Below are positions 1-12,648 of a stretch of DNA of 64,000 nt, piece after piece. A program made the translations under genes and the position numbers. Positions within the stretch are counted from its first letter, which is position 1; the number at the start of each line of letters is the position of its first letter. The notes below the pieces were generated by a model. It was given only the letters and a program-made list of their open reading frames with translations. It did not search any database and was not told the origin of the DNA. The stretch is from Azolla caroliniana (taxonomy: Eukaryota > Plantae > Polypodiophyta): assembly GCA_043228905.1 (NCBI GenBank), contig JBHGNT010000013.1:13082001-13146000 (forward strand). Reading direction: 5' to 3'.

Positions 1-440
1 ATTTGCACCATCTCATCATCATCTATAGTTACGCATATTGAGCCGAGCGAGTCGCAAAGCTCCTTGATCTTCAAGGTGTATGTCGTGATGGACATGTCCC
101 TCTGTTGAATGTTGTTCAACTCTTGGCAGAGTTGAAGTTTCCTCGCGGTCGTGTTGGCGGTGAAAATCTTTCCTAGATTTTCCCATGCTTCCTTCGGCAT
201 CTTGGCTTCTCGAATGTAACCGAGCATGTGGTCGTGAACACATGTCGCCAAACAATACATCACGCGGCTTGCAGCTTGCTCCCATGTCGCGTATCCGGGA
301 ACCGCTTCGGCGGATCGGTCTTCATGCGCTCCTTTGATGTAGCTCCAATAGCCTTGTCTGACAAGGTATTGGTGCATCTTGTACTCCCAAGATGTGAAGT
401 TGTTTCGATCCAACTTCTTGGTAGGGAGAGCGCTCCCCAT
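1..440 (-). CDS. Ty1/copia gag N-terminus (partial, runs off window start)
   Basis: Manual translation from ATG at 440 is open to the window edge: MGSALPTKKLDRNNFTSWEYKMHQYL...PKEAWENLGKIF...RKLQLCQELNNIQQRDMSITTYTLKIKELCDSL, the copia gag (UBN2-type) pattern. It lies downstream of a Met PBS. Confidence 0.85.
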   Translation of the reverse strand, partial: MGSALPTKKLDRNNFTSWEYKMHQYLVRQGYWSYIKGAHEDRSAEAVPGYATWEQAASRVMYCLATCVHDHMLGYIREAKMPKEAWENLGKIFTANTTARKLQLCQELNNIQQRDMSITTYTLKIKELCDSLGSICVTIDDDEMVQ

Positions 441-819
441 TTGAGTATTCATTATGTCGATTCTTCTTCTTCTTCTTCTCTCTTCGAATGTGAGCTATGT
501 AGAGAAGCTACGATAGCTATGACCCAGTTCTTGGTCGTCGGCATAGAGCACAACACACGATCACGATGAGGCGAATGGGCTAGATCGAGCTACCAAATCG
601 CTCTGATACCATGTAAAGAATCAAGAGATGGATTCTTGTGAAGCAGAAGAGATGTGAGTTATGTGTGTGTGTAAGAGAGAGAGAGAGAGTGAGAGTGAAA
701 CACAGAGAATACGCAAGGTAAAAGTCTATTGACAAAGGAGAAAGACTCAACATTATACAAGGTGGGAGGAGGGTGCTTTATGTAGTCACCCTCTCTCTTC
801 ATTGACTACAAGACTCATG
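1..819 (-). mobile_element. Ty1/copia LTR retrotransposon 5' end: tRNA-iMet PBS at 600-611, truncated LTR 612-~819
   Basis: GCTCTGATACCA (reverse complement of TGGTATCAGAGC) abuts TGTAAAGAATC. The LTR is homologous to the LTR at 32900-33222; homology stops near 819. Confidence 0.85.
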
Positions 820-2890
820 GAGCAGAACTTGCATCTTGGTTCTCCCTTGCCGCCCTTTCATGTCGGGTTCACCAATTTATGTCGCGAAGTTTCGCGCACG
901 TGTGTTACTTGGGCGGGCCCACGGGGGTCTTGGACTAGGGAGTACTCAAGGGATAGAGAAGACCCAAGGTTTGCTTTACGACAATACTACTTCCCGACCC
1001 CTTCCCGAGCAAGGTCTCGTTGCCCTTTGTTTTGTGAGGTCGGTGGCTTTGGTTGATCACGACTCGTCGACCTTCCGACATCACCGCACGAGCCAAGTGA
1101 CCAAACGGGTACAAGCAAGATGATCATGCAACATGAACGCACAAGGGGACGATAACAGAAACATGAATGTCTGTACGTCTTTATGAGGAAGAGAGGTGCA
1201 TGGGCACGCCCGAACGTTTCCTCGTCACAAGACGTCGAACGTACGAGGAAGACACAAAACACATGCACAAATGCTCGTACGCCTTTATGAGGAGGAGAGG
1301 TGCATGGGCAAGCCCGAATGCTCCCTCGTCACGAGACGGCTGAACGTACAAGCAAGACACAAACACACGCACAAAAGGCTCTTACACCTTTATGAGGAGG
1401 AGAGGTGCATGGGCGAGCCCGAAACGCTCCCTCGTCACGAGACGGCCGAATGTACAAGGAAGACACAACACACGCACAAAATGCTCGTACGTCTTTATGA
1501 GGAGAGGTGCATGGGCACGCCCGAAACGCTCCCTCATCACAAGACGACCGAACATACAAGGAAGACACAAACACACACACAAATGCTCGTACGCCTTTAT
1601 GAGGAGAGGTGCATGGGCAAGCCCGAACGGTCCCCTCGTCACAAGACGGCCGAACATACAAGGAAGACACTAACACACACACAAATGCTCGTACGCCTTT
1701 ATGAGGAAGAGAGGTGCATGGGCAAGCCCGAACGGTCCCCTCGTCACAAGACGGCCGAACGTACAAAAGAAGACACAAACACACACACACACACAAATGC
1801 TCGTACGCCTTTATGAGGAGGAGAGGTGCATGGGCAAGCCCGAACGGTCCCCTCGTCACAAGACGGCCGAACGTACAAAAAAAAACACACAAACACACGC
1901 ACAAAATGCTCGTACGCCTTTATGAGGAGGAGAGGTGCATGGGCAAGCCCGAACAATCCCCTCGTCACAAGACCGCCGAACATACAAGGAAGACATGAAT
2001 AAAGAAAGAAGGAGAGAAAGAAACACGAATGATATCAACCAAAGAGATAAATAGGTGTTCGATTCCAACGCTAGAGAACCCTTTATAAAATAGGGTTTTG
2101 TTTACAATGGCAACTTATAGTTAACCACAAGTTCAATCAAAACATAAATATTAAATGCCCTTAGAGACAAACGTAAATCCGATCACGGTGAAGATGAACA
2201 CACGAGCACCACCAAAATGTCAATCCCAACGAACCACGACCACCCGAACGGCGAGCACACAGGTTCGCAACGACGAATGGGGCGGAGCAACGTCGAACCA
2301 ACGAATCTTGGGCTCACGAGCACTTCAAGTGCCGACGCGAAGAGGACGAGCACGTGGCGATGGGGAGATGAAGGGGTATGAGATGAAGAGAAGTGGTAAA
2401 TAGGGAGATGAAGAGCTTCGAAGGAAAATTGGCGATAGTCTCCTCCTCCCAAAACGTCCTCCCGAATGAGCCCCCCTCGACCTCCTTTTATAGGAAAAAA
2501 AGAAGGGGGGGTCGCCAAATTTGTCTTCAATAAAAAAGGAATAAAATTCCTTAAATCATGCTACACTATAAGTCCAAATTCAAACCGTGCACCTCTAGCT
2601 TATAGTCAATGTGACTATCCACTAGCCCACTAACTCTCTCTTATATAATATATAATTCTATCTCTATAAATTTATAGCCTCTCTCCCCTCTACCTTTTAT
2701 CTCTCCTCTCTCTTACTTTTTGCACGAGCTTCTATACCTCCTTTTCACCCTTTCTTTTCCTTTTTACTTTGCATATATACACTTAATCGCATTTGTGTGC
2801 ACACACATTACACATGCAACTTTTTGACCCCCCCTTCCGCCGGTTTTTCCCACCCTCGAGCACGCCACATCACGACCCTCGAGCACGCCA
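820..2890 (-). mobile_element. LTR element remnant with tRNA-Trp PBS (857-874); long LTR starting TGTCGCGAAG at 880, distal end not found
   Basis: TTCATGTCGGGTTCACCA matches the plant tRNA-Trp 3' end at 17/18 and has the same flank as the PBS at 19653-19670. TATA-like CTATAAAAG on the minus strand near 2490. Confidence 0.7.
1160..1995. repeat. Tandem array, ~8 units of ~102-113 bp, inside the LTR
   Basis: Recurrent GCTCGTACGCCTTTATGAGGAGGAGAGGTGCATGGGCAAGCCCGAACGGTCCCCTCGTCACAAGACGGCCGAAC; unit length varies mainly in a (CA)n linker. Confidence 0.95.
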
Positions 2891-2891
2891 T

Positions 2892-4627
2892 AAAAGAGAG
2901 AGAGAGAGAGAGAGAGAAAACTTGGAATGGAAATGAGATTATTTTATGAAGAAACAAGGTTACAAAGAGTAGGCTAAGGGCTAAATACTGGTGTTGAACC
3001 GAATGAGTTATGATAAATGAATAGACACCTATTTATAGGTCCTTATGGAGTATTCTAGAATGTTCTAGAATATTCTAGATATTTATGATATTTAATACAA
3101 TCATGGAATATCCTAGAATGTTTTAAAATATTCTAGAATACTCTATATATCTTGTAATAACTAATAATATATTTATTATAACTATATGTTATTATAATGG
3201 TGAAAGGTCTAAAATATAGACCAAGATGTCTTGGGCTCGAATCCTTGTAAGGCCAAAATGTATGTCTTCATGACATTATGCCCCCTTTTTGACAACGAGT
3301 TCCATGGGTCAGAAGACAAGATTTCAGACTTTGTTTATGGGGATATTTGTTGTGAAACACAGCAACCATTTCGAAAGCATTAGCAAGATTCTCGAGAGGT
3401 TCCCATGTTCGATCATTAGGTGTATAACCTAACCAATCAACCAAATAATACAGTTTGTTGCAAACGATCTTGGAATCGAGAATGGCAGAAACTTCACATT
3501 CGAAGCCATTCGAAACTTTGATTGGAGGTGGGGGAGATGTAAGCCGACCTACAATAGAGTTGGTCTTGTACGGCTCCAAAAGTGAAACATGGAAGACCGG
3601 GTGAAGATGCATATGAGGGGGAAGATCAAGGCAAAATGCCACATCATTAATCTTACCAGATATCACATATGGGCCAAAACATTGATAATCCAATTTGCAG
3701 CTTGAAGGTCGGGTTGTTTTAATGTGACCTTGTAAAACCCATACTTGATCTCCCACTTGAAACGTAGTCGATGAATCACGTCGATGATGGTCGGCAACCT
3801 TCTTTTGAGTGTTTTAAGCATCACATAAATGGTGCAAAAGGATATCTTGAACTTCTTGGAGTCGGCTGAGTCGATCTTCAACAGTCGGGTTCGTTGGGAG
3901 TTCGGGATGTTCAAGCATAGTCGAACGAGGATGCTACCCAATGTTTGCAAAAAATGGGGAATATCGCCCTAGGACGCAACAAGAAAAAGCAGATGCTTTA
4001 TGTCGACGTCCATATATAGAACTTCAACCATGAGAGGCCACATTTGAAAGTCAGAAGCAAATCCTCTTGGGTCTTGACCGTCTATGACTAATGGCATTTC
4101 ATGTTATAGACACACCCGGGGATTCAAGTCTTCTGGACTCCATTCGACAGCATATTGCGACTGATGAATTCGCCCAAGACATTCTAAACCATATTATCCT
4201 AGATCGTGCTTCTTGTTCACAATCTCAAAATCCTCGTCAAGACTACAACCAGTTCAATTGGCATGATGGATTACTTTTTCGACAAAATCTCTTATATGTG
4301 CCTGATGGTCCTTCTCGACTCCAAGTCTTGCAACAATGTCATGACGCACCAATGGCTGGACATTTCGGCATCCACAAGACTTTTACATTAATTTCTCGAA
4401 GGTATTGGTGGCCATGACTTCACCATTTTGTTATGGATTATGTTCGTAATTGTGATACATGTTGCCGATCCAAAAAAACTCGACATCATCCATATGGCTT
4501 ATTACAGCCAATGCCTATTCCCGAGAGTCCACGGAAATCTATTTCATTGGACTTCATTACAGATTAGCCCTTAGCCTACTCTTTGTAACCTTGTTTCCTT
4601 ATAATATAATCTCATTTCCATTTCAAG

Positions 4628-4686
<59 letters not shown>

Positions 4687-5062
4687 ACGAGTTACGACAA
4701 TTTGAACCGAATGAGGTGTGATCAATGAATAGACACCTATTTATAGGTCCTTATGGAGTATGCTAGAATTTTCTAGAATATTTTAGATTTTTATGATATT
4801 TAATATAATCATGGAATATCATAGAATGTTGTAGAATACTCTAAATACCTTGTAATAACTAATAATATAATAATATATTATAACTATACATCATATATGT
4901 TATCATAATGGTTAAAGGTCTAATGTATAGACCAAGATGTCTTGGGCTCCAATCATTATAAGGCTAAAATGTATGTTATCATAATGGTTAAAGGTCTAAT
5001 GTATAGACCAAGACATCTTGGGCTCGAATCCTTGTAAGGCCAAAATGTATGGCTTCATGACA
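2892..5062 (-). mobile_element. Rearranged, internally deleted Tcn1-like Ty3/gypsy chromovirus (3' LTR ~2892-3275; 5' LTR U3 part ~4702-5062; inverted segment ~3960-4699)
   Basis: Both LTRs start TGTCATGAAG on the minus strand, with a polypurine tract before the 3' LTR. A chromodomain ORF is on the minus strand, while an RNaseH-end/integrase HHCC fragment (CHDAPMAGHFG...YWWP) is on the plus strand. Confidence 0.85.
3268..3960 (-). pseudogene. Gypsy integrase C-terminus with chromodomain
   Basis: GPY motif (CFGPYVI), HPVFHVSLLEPY, and chromodomain EVSAILDSK...YLVDWLGY...TWEPLENL. Confidence 0.9.
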
Positions 5063-6796
5063 AATTATCTCGGGATTTTCTCCAACTTCGCTGGTTGTTT
5101 GGCTGCTATGAAGAACTTCTTCCTCGGTCAGTCGAACCTTGTAATACATACGCGTTATTGGCCGAATCATTTGCAAACGATTTCAGTCAAAATTGCGCCC
5201 ATGCCTGAGGAGTATTTAACGGCTACAATTGATGTGTTGCACACGGTTGTGATGAAAGTTTCCCACGAAGGGGGGAGACTACTCATAAGCAGCAATGCTC
5301 TTAGTTCATCCTCGATAGTCGTCCCTTGAGCCGAAATTTGGGAGCTTATACTTTCGTACTCGTTGAGGTGCGTTGGAGCGAATCGGATTCTTTCATCCGA
5401 AGGTTATAGAGGCGTCATATCAAATATATCTTCGTGGCGGCGACCTTCTTTTCGTAAGTGTCCGAAAGTGTCTTCCATAGTTGGAAGGCAATCAAACACA
5501 ATTGCATCGTAAAGTACACGGACTTCGATAGATGCATCCGAATAGTGGCTGTGACAATTCTGTTGAACTTGTCCCATTCAAGCGGCTTGTATCCTTCTGC
5601 AGCATTTTCGTTTTCGATGGGGTCGATTGGCCCCTTGACTATTAAATAGTCTTGAATCTGCTCCTTCCATATTTGAAGTTCGATCTATCAAACTTCCTTA
5701 GACTCATCTCTGACGAGCCAGATGTTGATGCCATCTGTGTCGATTTTGAAGGGGGCTTTGTTTGGCGTTGGCTACAAACGATGGTTGGGTGCAGCAGACT
5801 GGCTCACCCGAATTCGTTCTAGTCGAGTTTGAACACAAGCCGGATCTTATTCGAAATTTAGGAGACTTGATCCGAAGTGACCACGGCTGACTAGCCTAGT
5901 TGAGTTTGACCCGAGTATGTCGAATTGTTTTTTTGAGTTCCGAACACAGAGTATGTGCCGATTATCCAAGCCGATCCTGCTTCAGGTGACTACAACAATG
6001 AGAAGAACAGATTCAGCTAATCTTTCTGAATGAAGCACAGAAGGGGGTTATTCCTGGAGCCCAGACAACTATAAGTGATTATGACAAGCGAGTGACTAGC
6101 GTCAGGTGACCTATTCGATTGTTGTCTAATCCAATGTAGTTCGTCTGAGGCAGAGCTTGTGAAGCGAAATCTCACTCTGTGCGGCTACAATCAAAGGAGT
6201 GAAGTGTAGCCGATTGGCTCACTTCAATGGTGATTTAGAATAGCGGAGTGCAGATTTTGCCGGTGTTTCTCTTCGCGGAAACGATCTTGTAGAGAGTTGC
6301 CAACCGAGATCTTCACGGTGTACAAAAGAAGAGTTGTTGATAGAAACTAGATAGACGGCAAACGCAGAATCGAAAGAACCTGGCTCTAATACCAAATGTT
6401 GAGAACGTGGTCGTGTTGTGCAGAACAAATCAACACTCTCCAAAGGTGAGGATCATAAGTGGATGCAAACAAGGTAGATTGATACCATCATCAACAGAAA
6501 CAGAGAAACAAGACACAAGAAGAACGCAAGAGAGAGAGAGAGACGATTAGGCACAAGATGAACTATATTTCAACAACACTCAAAACTAGGTTACAAAGTT
6601 AGTTTATGTATTGATTGACTTAGGGCAAGTGCCCTTCTCACTATTTACATAAATAGCCTAAACCTAGTGTGTACAAAAGGAGACAATGTGAATACGTTCA
6701 TTAGAGACCCACATTCAACAGAAACTAGTTATGGCCGGTTACGATCCTAACAAGAAACAACCACAGGAGAAGGTCCGAAACAATCCACTATCAACA
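5063..6796 (-). mobile_element. Truncated Ty1/copia: LTR 6397-6796, Met PBS 6383-6394, decayed gag ~5063-5734
   Basis: 400-bp LTR with TGTTGA...TCAACA termini; GCTCTAATACCA PBS; gag-like translation (QIQDYLIVKG...TIRMHLS...LWKTLSDTYEKK) with a frameshift and stops. Confidence 0.85.
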
Positions 6797-9073
6797 AAGA
6801 GAATAAAACAGAAATACAAGCTCTACCTCCAGATACACCAGAGTGAAGTAGAGCTATGTAAGAAGCAACATTGTTGACAAAGTGAGGACTACACACCAAA
6901 GGGAATACCTATACTCTCAAACATATGACTGAGAGAGAAGAAACCATGGTGATAAAGCCCAGGGGTCAGAGTAGAAGGCACATAAAGCACACATTGAGTA
7001 GTGGAGTGAGAAGACTTGGTTGAACACTAAGCTTCTTGTATGGCGTTCTCAGATATGCTAATCAACCTCTCTTCTTCTCGTTTTTCTTTTTCTTCTAAAA
7101 AGAGAACGGTGATCTGTTTTTTTCTCAACTCAACTACCACTTCTACAACGACCTTTAAAAAATAACTAAATGGGCATTTGTTGCCCTTTCACACACATAA
7201 TACAACATTGCTAAAGTGACTGGACACTTCAACAATATTTGTGTCTTGTTAGTTGGGTTTAGTTAGATGAAATTTTACATTCATTTTTGCATAGTACTCT
7301 CTAACTTTTTTAGCGTAGGACTTTCGTGTAGCTCGTTCTTCCTTCCTTCCTTTCGGTTTGTCGGTCTGTCCATGTAGCCAATTTATGGTGTGGACATCCT
7401 GATCATGAAACATGTGTCGTGCCAATGCCCGAACTCGTGTCCACCCACTCCGCTTGCGCAACCATGACGCTCAGCCTTTGCCAACCACGCAATATACAAA
7501 ACCCTATCTATAAGAGATCTAAACATACAATAATTCTTACAAACGGATAAAAGCTCGTGAGCACAGCAATAGATAAACCAACATCACGTTTTTCTTAATA
7601 TGTGATTGTTTTATATGTGAAGAAGAGAACCAATGATTGTTTTGTCCTCACAAGCTTGTACGGGTGTTATGTTGTAGGTTTTTTAAGGGTTACAATTACT
7701 CATCTCATTTGTAGTTTGTCCGGGGTCTTTTTGTTGAAAACAAAACTTGACCAAAGAGAGATATTACATGCCGTTGAACCAACTTTATTAAAGGTCGTCT
7801 TGACCAAGAGAGTATTATGAGAGTGAGAGTGAGAATTAAACTACGAAATTAGATTAGATAGCTTAGGGGTGGCTACATCGGTTGACTTCCCTACAATGAG
7901 TGTCATACAATTTCATTTTTTGTTACTAATCATATATCAACTTAGTATAAATGATAATGATAAGGTTTTGATACTTGTTGGAACTAATTGGATTAATCTT
8001 AGATGATTATACTAAGACCTTCAACATACTCCAAGTTGTGGATTTTTTATCATGACAAGATTATATGTATTGAAAGGTGGGCATATGGCTTGAGATATGA
8101 TCCTAGTTCTCCATTGTTTGAGAAGATGTTCATTTTGTTGAGTTCATCATGTTCCTTACTCAATAGCTTGATGACTCAAGAGTCACATATGTGTCTTTTA
8201 AAATGCATAAACAAATGTCACTCATTTTCAAGGAGTTTTTTTGGGGGCACTAATTAGACACTAGAGGATTTCACAATAAGCCCTATCAAGAAGAAGAAGA
8301 CGAAGAACAGTGGTTGTGCAAAGCATGATGCTGAAATAACCCCATAACATATGCAGGAAGTGATTGCTGCAAGCCCACCTTTTGCTTCTAAATAATATAC
8401 TTTACATTCAACTACTTTACACATGTGAGAAGTAAACTATGCATTTAAGTAACTATCTAGCACTAACAATACCATGGGACTTCTAACCTTTTTAACTCCT
8501 ATTAAGGTAGATGTAAAACATGAATTATGAATTCATACACCAATATATACCAAATACCTTCTTTAGTCGATGGTTCTCAGGTAAGAATTAATCCATTCGA
8601 GAGTACGGTTACATGCATTTTAAATCTAAGAAAAAGCTCAATTATCAGTGGAAATCTAGCTTATAAAGAATATACGGTAGGATATCTACCATATGTTGAA
8701 AACGTGTCATAGATGATATACTTCAGTAAAAATCATCAAACATGAAAAGATGATATACCATAAAAAGGTAATTACAAGCCAACATATACAAATATCTTAA
8801 AATAGACCAAGCAAACAAAATCAAGAACAAGAATAACTCGACAAACCCAAAGCAAAAAACAACACAAGGAGCATGAAGTAATTAGAGCCAACTTAAACAG
8901 GCGTTCAAAAAGTATCATCACTAAAAGTGTCACGCGGTTAAAAGATCTGGCTTGCATTCCAGAACTAAAACCAGAATTTCTTCTCCTACGAGTCAGCATC
9001 TAATTGCAGAAAATTTAAATTGTGTGCAATCCATCCATCTATTATGCCTCTGTACATTAGCATTTCCATTTAC

Positions 9074-12000
9074 CTATGCACTACCATTTACATCACCATT
9101 AATATCCAATGGCGATGTAGACTTTGGTTCAACGGCAAACCCTGCAGAGAGCCATCCTTGAGCCTTCGCCTTATCCACGTACCGTAAAAGCTTCTGCTTT
9201 GCATCAGGTATGTCCAAGGCAAGATCCTCTAAGCTATCTGAAACTCTGGTGAAACCTTTCAACATCTCATTTGAAGTGATAAGGCCTTCACGAGAACATT
9301 CTTGCAGCAAGTTCAGCAAATTCTCATTCTGTTTCTCCATGGCCATAACAAGAGCTTTCTTCACAACTTCATGGTGGAAGAATGGCATATCAAGGTCCCG
9401 AATACACTGGCAAGCCTCCAACACATCTCCACCAGCTTCATACTCTTCCAAGAGCTTCACAATTTTGTCTTTTGCATCCTCTACAGCCCAGCCAGAGCCA
9501 CCTCCCCAGCACCGCAAGATTCGTTCACCAGCATGCCGGGCAGAAAGCAATGCGCGTGTTGTGTTCACAATCTCACTTCCTAGTGAGTCTTCCTTTAGCT
9601 GCCCTTTTATTTCCTCCAAGTCTAGTGGAGCCAAGATATCATCCACCACAGCCCTAGCCAAAAACAAGGCAAGTTCATTTGCAGTATCAGGTATGTCTAA
9701 CGCAGTATCCTCAGCAGACTCAAGAAGTAGAAGGAAAGCCTTCGCAACGTCTTCTGAAGTGATAACTTCAGTATATAAAGAAGAAAGCAATACCGATGTC
9801 ATTTCCTTCTCACGGTTTTTCCTGTCCATTGCTGATGTTACCAACTTCTTCACAAATATGGCATTCAAACTGGGGGATGACAAATCCTCAAGACTCCTAA
9901 TAACCTCTCCAACATCATCCGAAAGAAAGTACTCTTGAATGATAGATACAGATTTCTGCTTAAAGAGACTGATTTGATCTGTTTCAGAGGCACCCAAGTG
10001 CTGGTTTTCATTACTTTCAACAGGCTGCCTTATAGTAAAAGAAGCACTTAGAAGGTTGGTCTTTTTGGCTTCTGATACCAAGTCTGATAATATCTCTTTT
10101 GCATGGAGAATATCCAAAGACAGATCATCCACAGCATCAGCAAGGCGAGTAAACCCTTTAGACATCTGACTAGATGTTATCAATCCTTCATCAGAACCTT
10201 CCTTGAGTAGAGAGAAAATTAGACCTTCACAATTTCTCTTTTCCATGGCTAAAATGAGTGCTTTTTTTACCACCTCATGATGGAAGAAAGGCACACTCAG
10301 CTCCCTAATACACCTGCATGCCTCTTCTCTATCACCACTTTCGATATACTCATTAAGAAGGGCAGTTATCTTATTTTTCACAAGTTCAACAGTCATGTGT
10401 GTGCTTCCCCCCCATCGACGCTCTACAATTTCAGCATGCAAAGGTGGTGACAAGTAGCTTTTCTCAGCTTTATGTATGACATCATGACCTTTCGATCCTT
10501 CAGGCAAAGTTTGGGTTACTTTATGAATAAATGATGGAGGAAGAATATCATCAACAATAGCTCTAGCCACAAATAGAGCAAGTATATCGAGTGCATCTGG
10601 TATGTCAATCACCAAGTCATCAGACGATTCTACAAGTTTAGTAAACCCTTTTATTACTTGGTCAGGCTGAATGACATCAGCATAAAGAGCAGAAAGCAAC
10701 ACAGCTGCCATTTCCTTTTCTCGGTCATGTCGATCAAGGGACATGGAGATGAGCTTCTTCACGAAATAATGATGATACATTGAAGAGCCTAGCTCTCGCA
10801 GCTCAACAGCGGTCTCTGCAATATCATCCGTCGAAAAGTATTCTTCCACAATTTGGCCTACTTTGTTCTTATATTCCTGAATAGACTGAGCAGTCGGAGT
10901 AGCCACTAGTTTATATGGTTCCTGATGATTCAACATTTATTATGATGAGTTCGATAGAAATAAAGAGCGCCTAGCATATCCCACTTCAAAGCCATGATTT
11001 GGGTAAGGTTTTACACAAATTAGCTTTCTCCACCTTCCTCAACACCTCAAAATGATGATTCGTGCAGATTATTCAAATCCAACCAAAAACATTCTTCATA
11101 GCAATGATTCAACCAAATTTTACACCAATTAACTTCCAAAGGTTCTTTGAGGAATCAGACAAAAGAAAGAACATGTATGAAAAGAGTGTCTGGGATGTGA
11201 TCTTACTGTTTCACTATCATAATTTGGATCGTTGCGATCAACACACGCCTCCCCATCTGTTTCCAACAAGGAGCCCCAAGTGCCTCTGCCACCTGCACCC
11301 CCTGGAAATATAAAGCTAAAACATCATATGAGCGTCTGAAAAAGAATGTGCTAAAAGACCATACTACAGCCTGAACAAAAAGATGCCATACTACCACCAT
11401 CTTGACAGAAACATACATACTTATTCATAATCAGAGCTATATCCCATCTTTCCTAAGCATTATAGTAAGAAGATTTCGTCAATCATACAGAAAAACATTA
11501 ATCTATACGCTCGTTATTGATAGAAGGTGATATCAAACATATAAACATTCATTAATCTATCCCATTGACATGCCTTTGTATATTTGGCTATGCAGAACTA
11601 AAAGCATCTCTTCCGAAAATACCCATTAATCACCATGATTGGATCAACTGTAGAAACATTGATTAATCCATACATTTGTGTCTAGATTTGTACAATTATC
11701 TATGTAGCTAAATGCATAATGGTATGGATTAATTTTTACATTTCAACGCATACTAATAAGAATTCCATTTTGTGAAGCTATCAAGGTTCTTTACTAGAAA
11801 CGTACATTAATCTACACTCCTTTTCATGGCTTTGTCGCTATGTCACGTAGAGATCAAAACATTAACCAATACGCATTACTCATAATTTTATCTGAGTAGA
11901 CAGTTGAAAATGTCTTTACGAGCAACATCCATAAATGTATACCCTAATCTGTATCGAGCTAAAATCGAATTTAAAATAACAAGCCTGGAAAAAGTTACAC

Positions 12001-12354
12001 CACAGTCTTCCGTAGCTCTATGTCAAAATCAAACTCAAGAAGAAATGAATAAAGTAAGATTTGTTTTTTAAATTTCACTATGAGGAAAAGTCAGAACTAA
12101 TATGCGTCCGAAATTTTACCTTTTTTGGGTCGGCAGAGCTTTCCAGAATGAGATCTCCTCTCATGTTTCGAAGAAGCGCCACCATTGGCGAGAGAAGAAG
12201 TTTTTCCATGCTTATTGTGCAGATCGGAAGAAGAAGAAGGAGTTATTGTGGATCGGGGCGAGGGCAAATCTGAACCATTGGAATTGTTCCCAAAAGACAT
12301 GGAACGCATGAGCTCTCGCTGCTCATCTGTGAGAAAAGCTCTGGGAGAAGACAT
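9074..12354 (-). CDS. MA3-domain translation regulator (PDCD4-like / plant MRF family), ~725 aa; exons 12354-12120, 11301-11207, 10921-9074
   Basis: Four MA3 repeats (IVEEYFS, LLNEYIESGD, IIQEYFLSDD, LLEEYEAGGD; FFHHEVVKKAL twice). The conserved KKGGAGGRGTWG and DRNDPNYDS motifs are reconstituted by phase-compatible GT-AG introns. Confidence 0.95.
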
Positions 12355-12598
12355 AGCTCGACTGACAGAAAAGAAAAGAAAAAGAAAAAGAAAAAGAGAG
12401 AGAGAGAGAGAGAGAGAGAAGATAATAGCAACCAAACAGAGTACTGAAACCCAAAACAGTAGTAACACTAAAATGAATGACTGTGGAATGAACCCCTAAA
12501 TCTCAGAGAAATGTCTGAAAAAACGCGAGAAAATCCTAATTTGTAAGGAAAGAGAGCAGCCTCATCTCTGTGTGCTTTTACTCTGTTTCTTCTCCTTC

Positions 12599-12648
<50 letters not shown>

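Noticed and set aside
1160-1995. Possible hammerhead ribozyme (retrozyme) in the LTR repeats
   Set aside because: No CUGANGA plus GAAA core with flanking stems was seen on either strand; GTGACGAG is only a near match.
1196-1998. ORFs up to 206 aa with repeated MLVRLYEEERCMGKPE
   Set aside because: By-products of the tandem array; the frame shifts with CA-linker length.
7249-7505. Coding-looking minus-strand stretch (RKRSGWTRVRALARH...)
   Set aside because: In-frame stop upstream, no recognisable family and no linked exons; possibly a TE relic.
9210-9938. 242-aa plus-strand ORF
   Set aside because: Antisense shadow of the MA3 gene exon.
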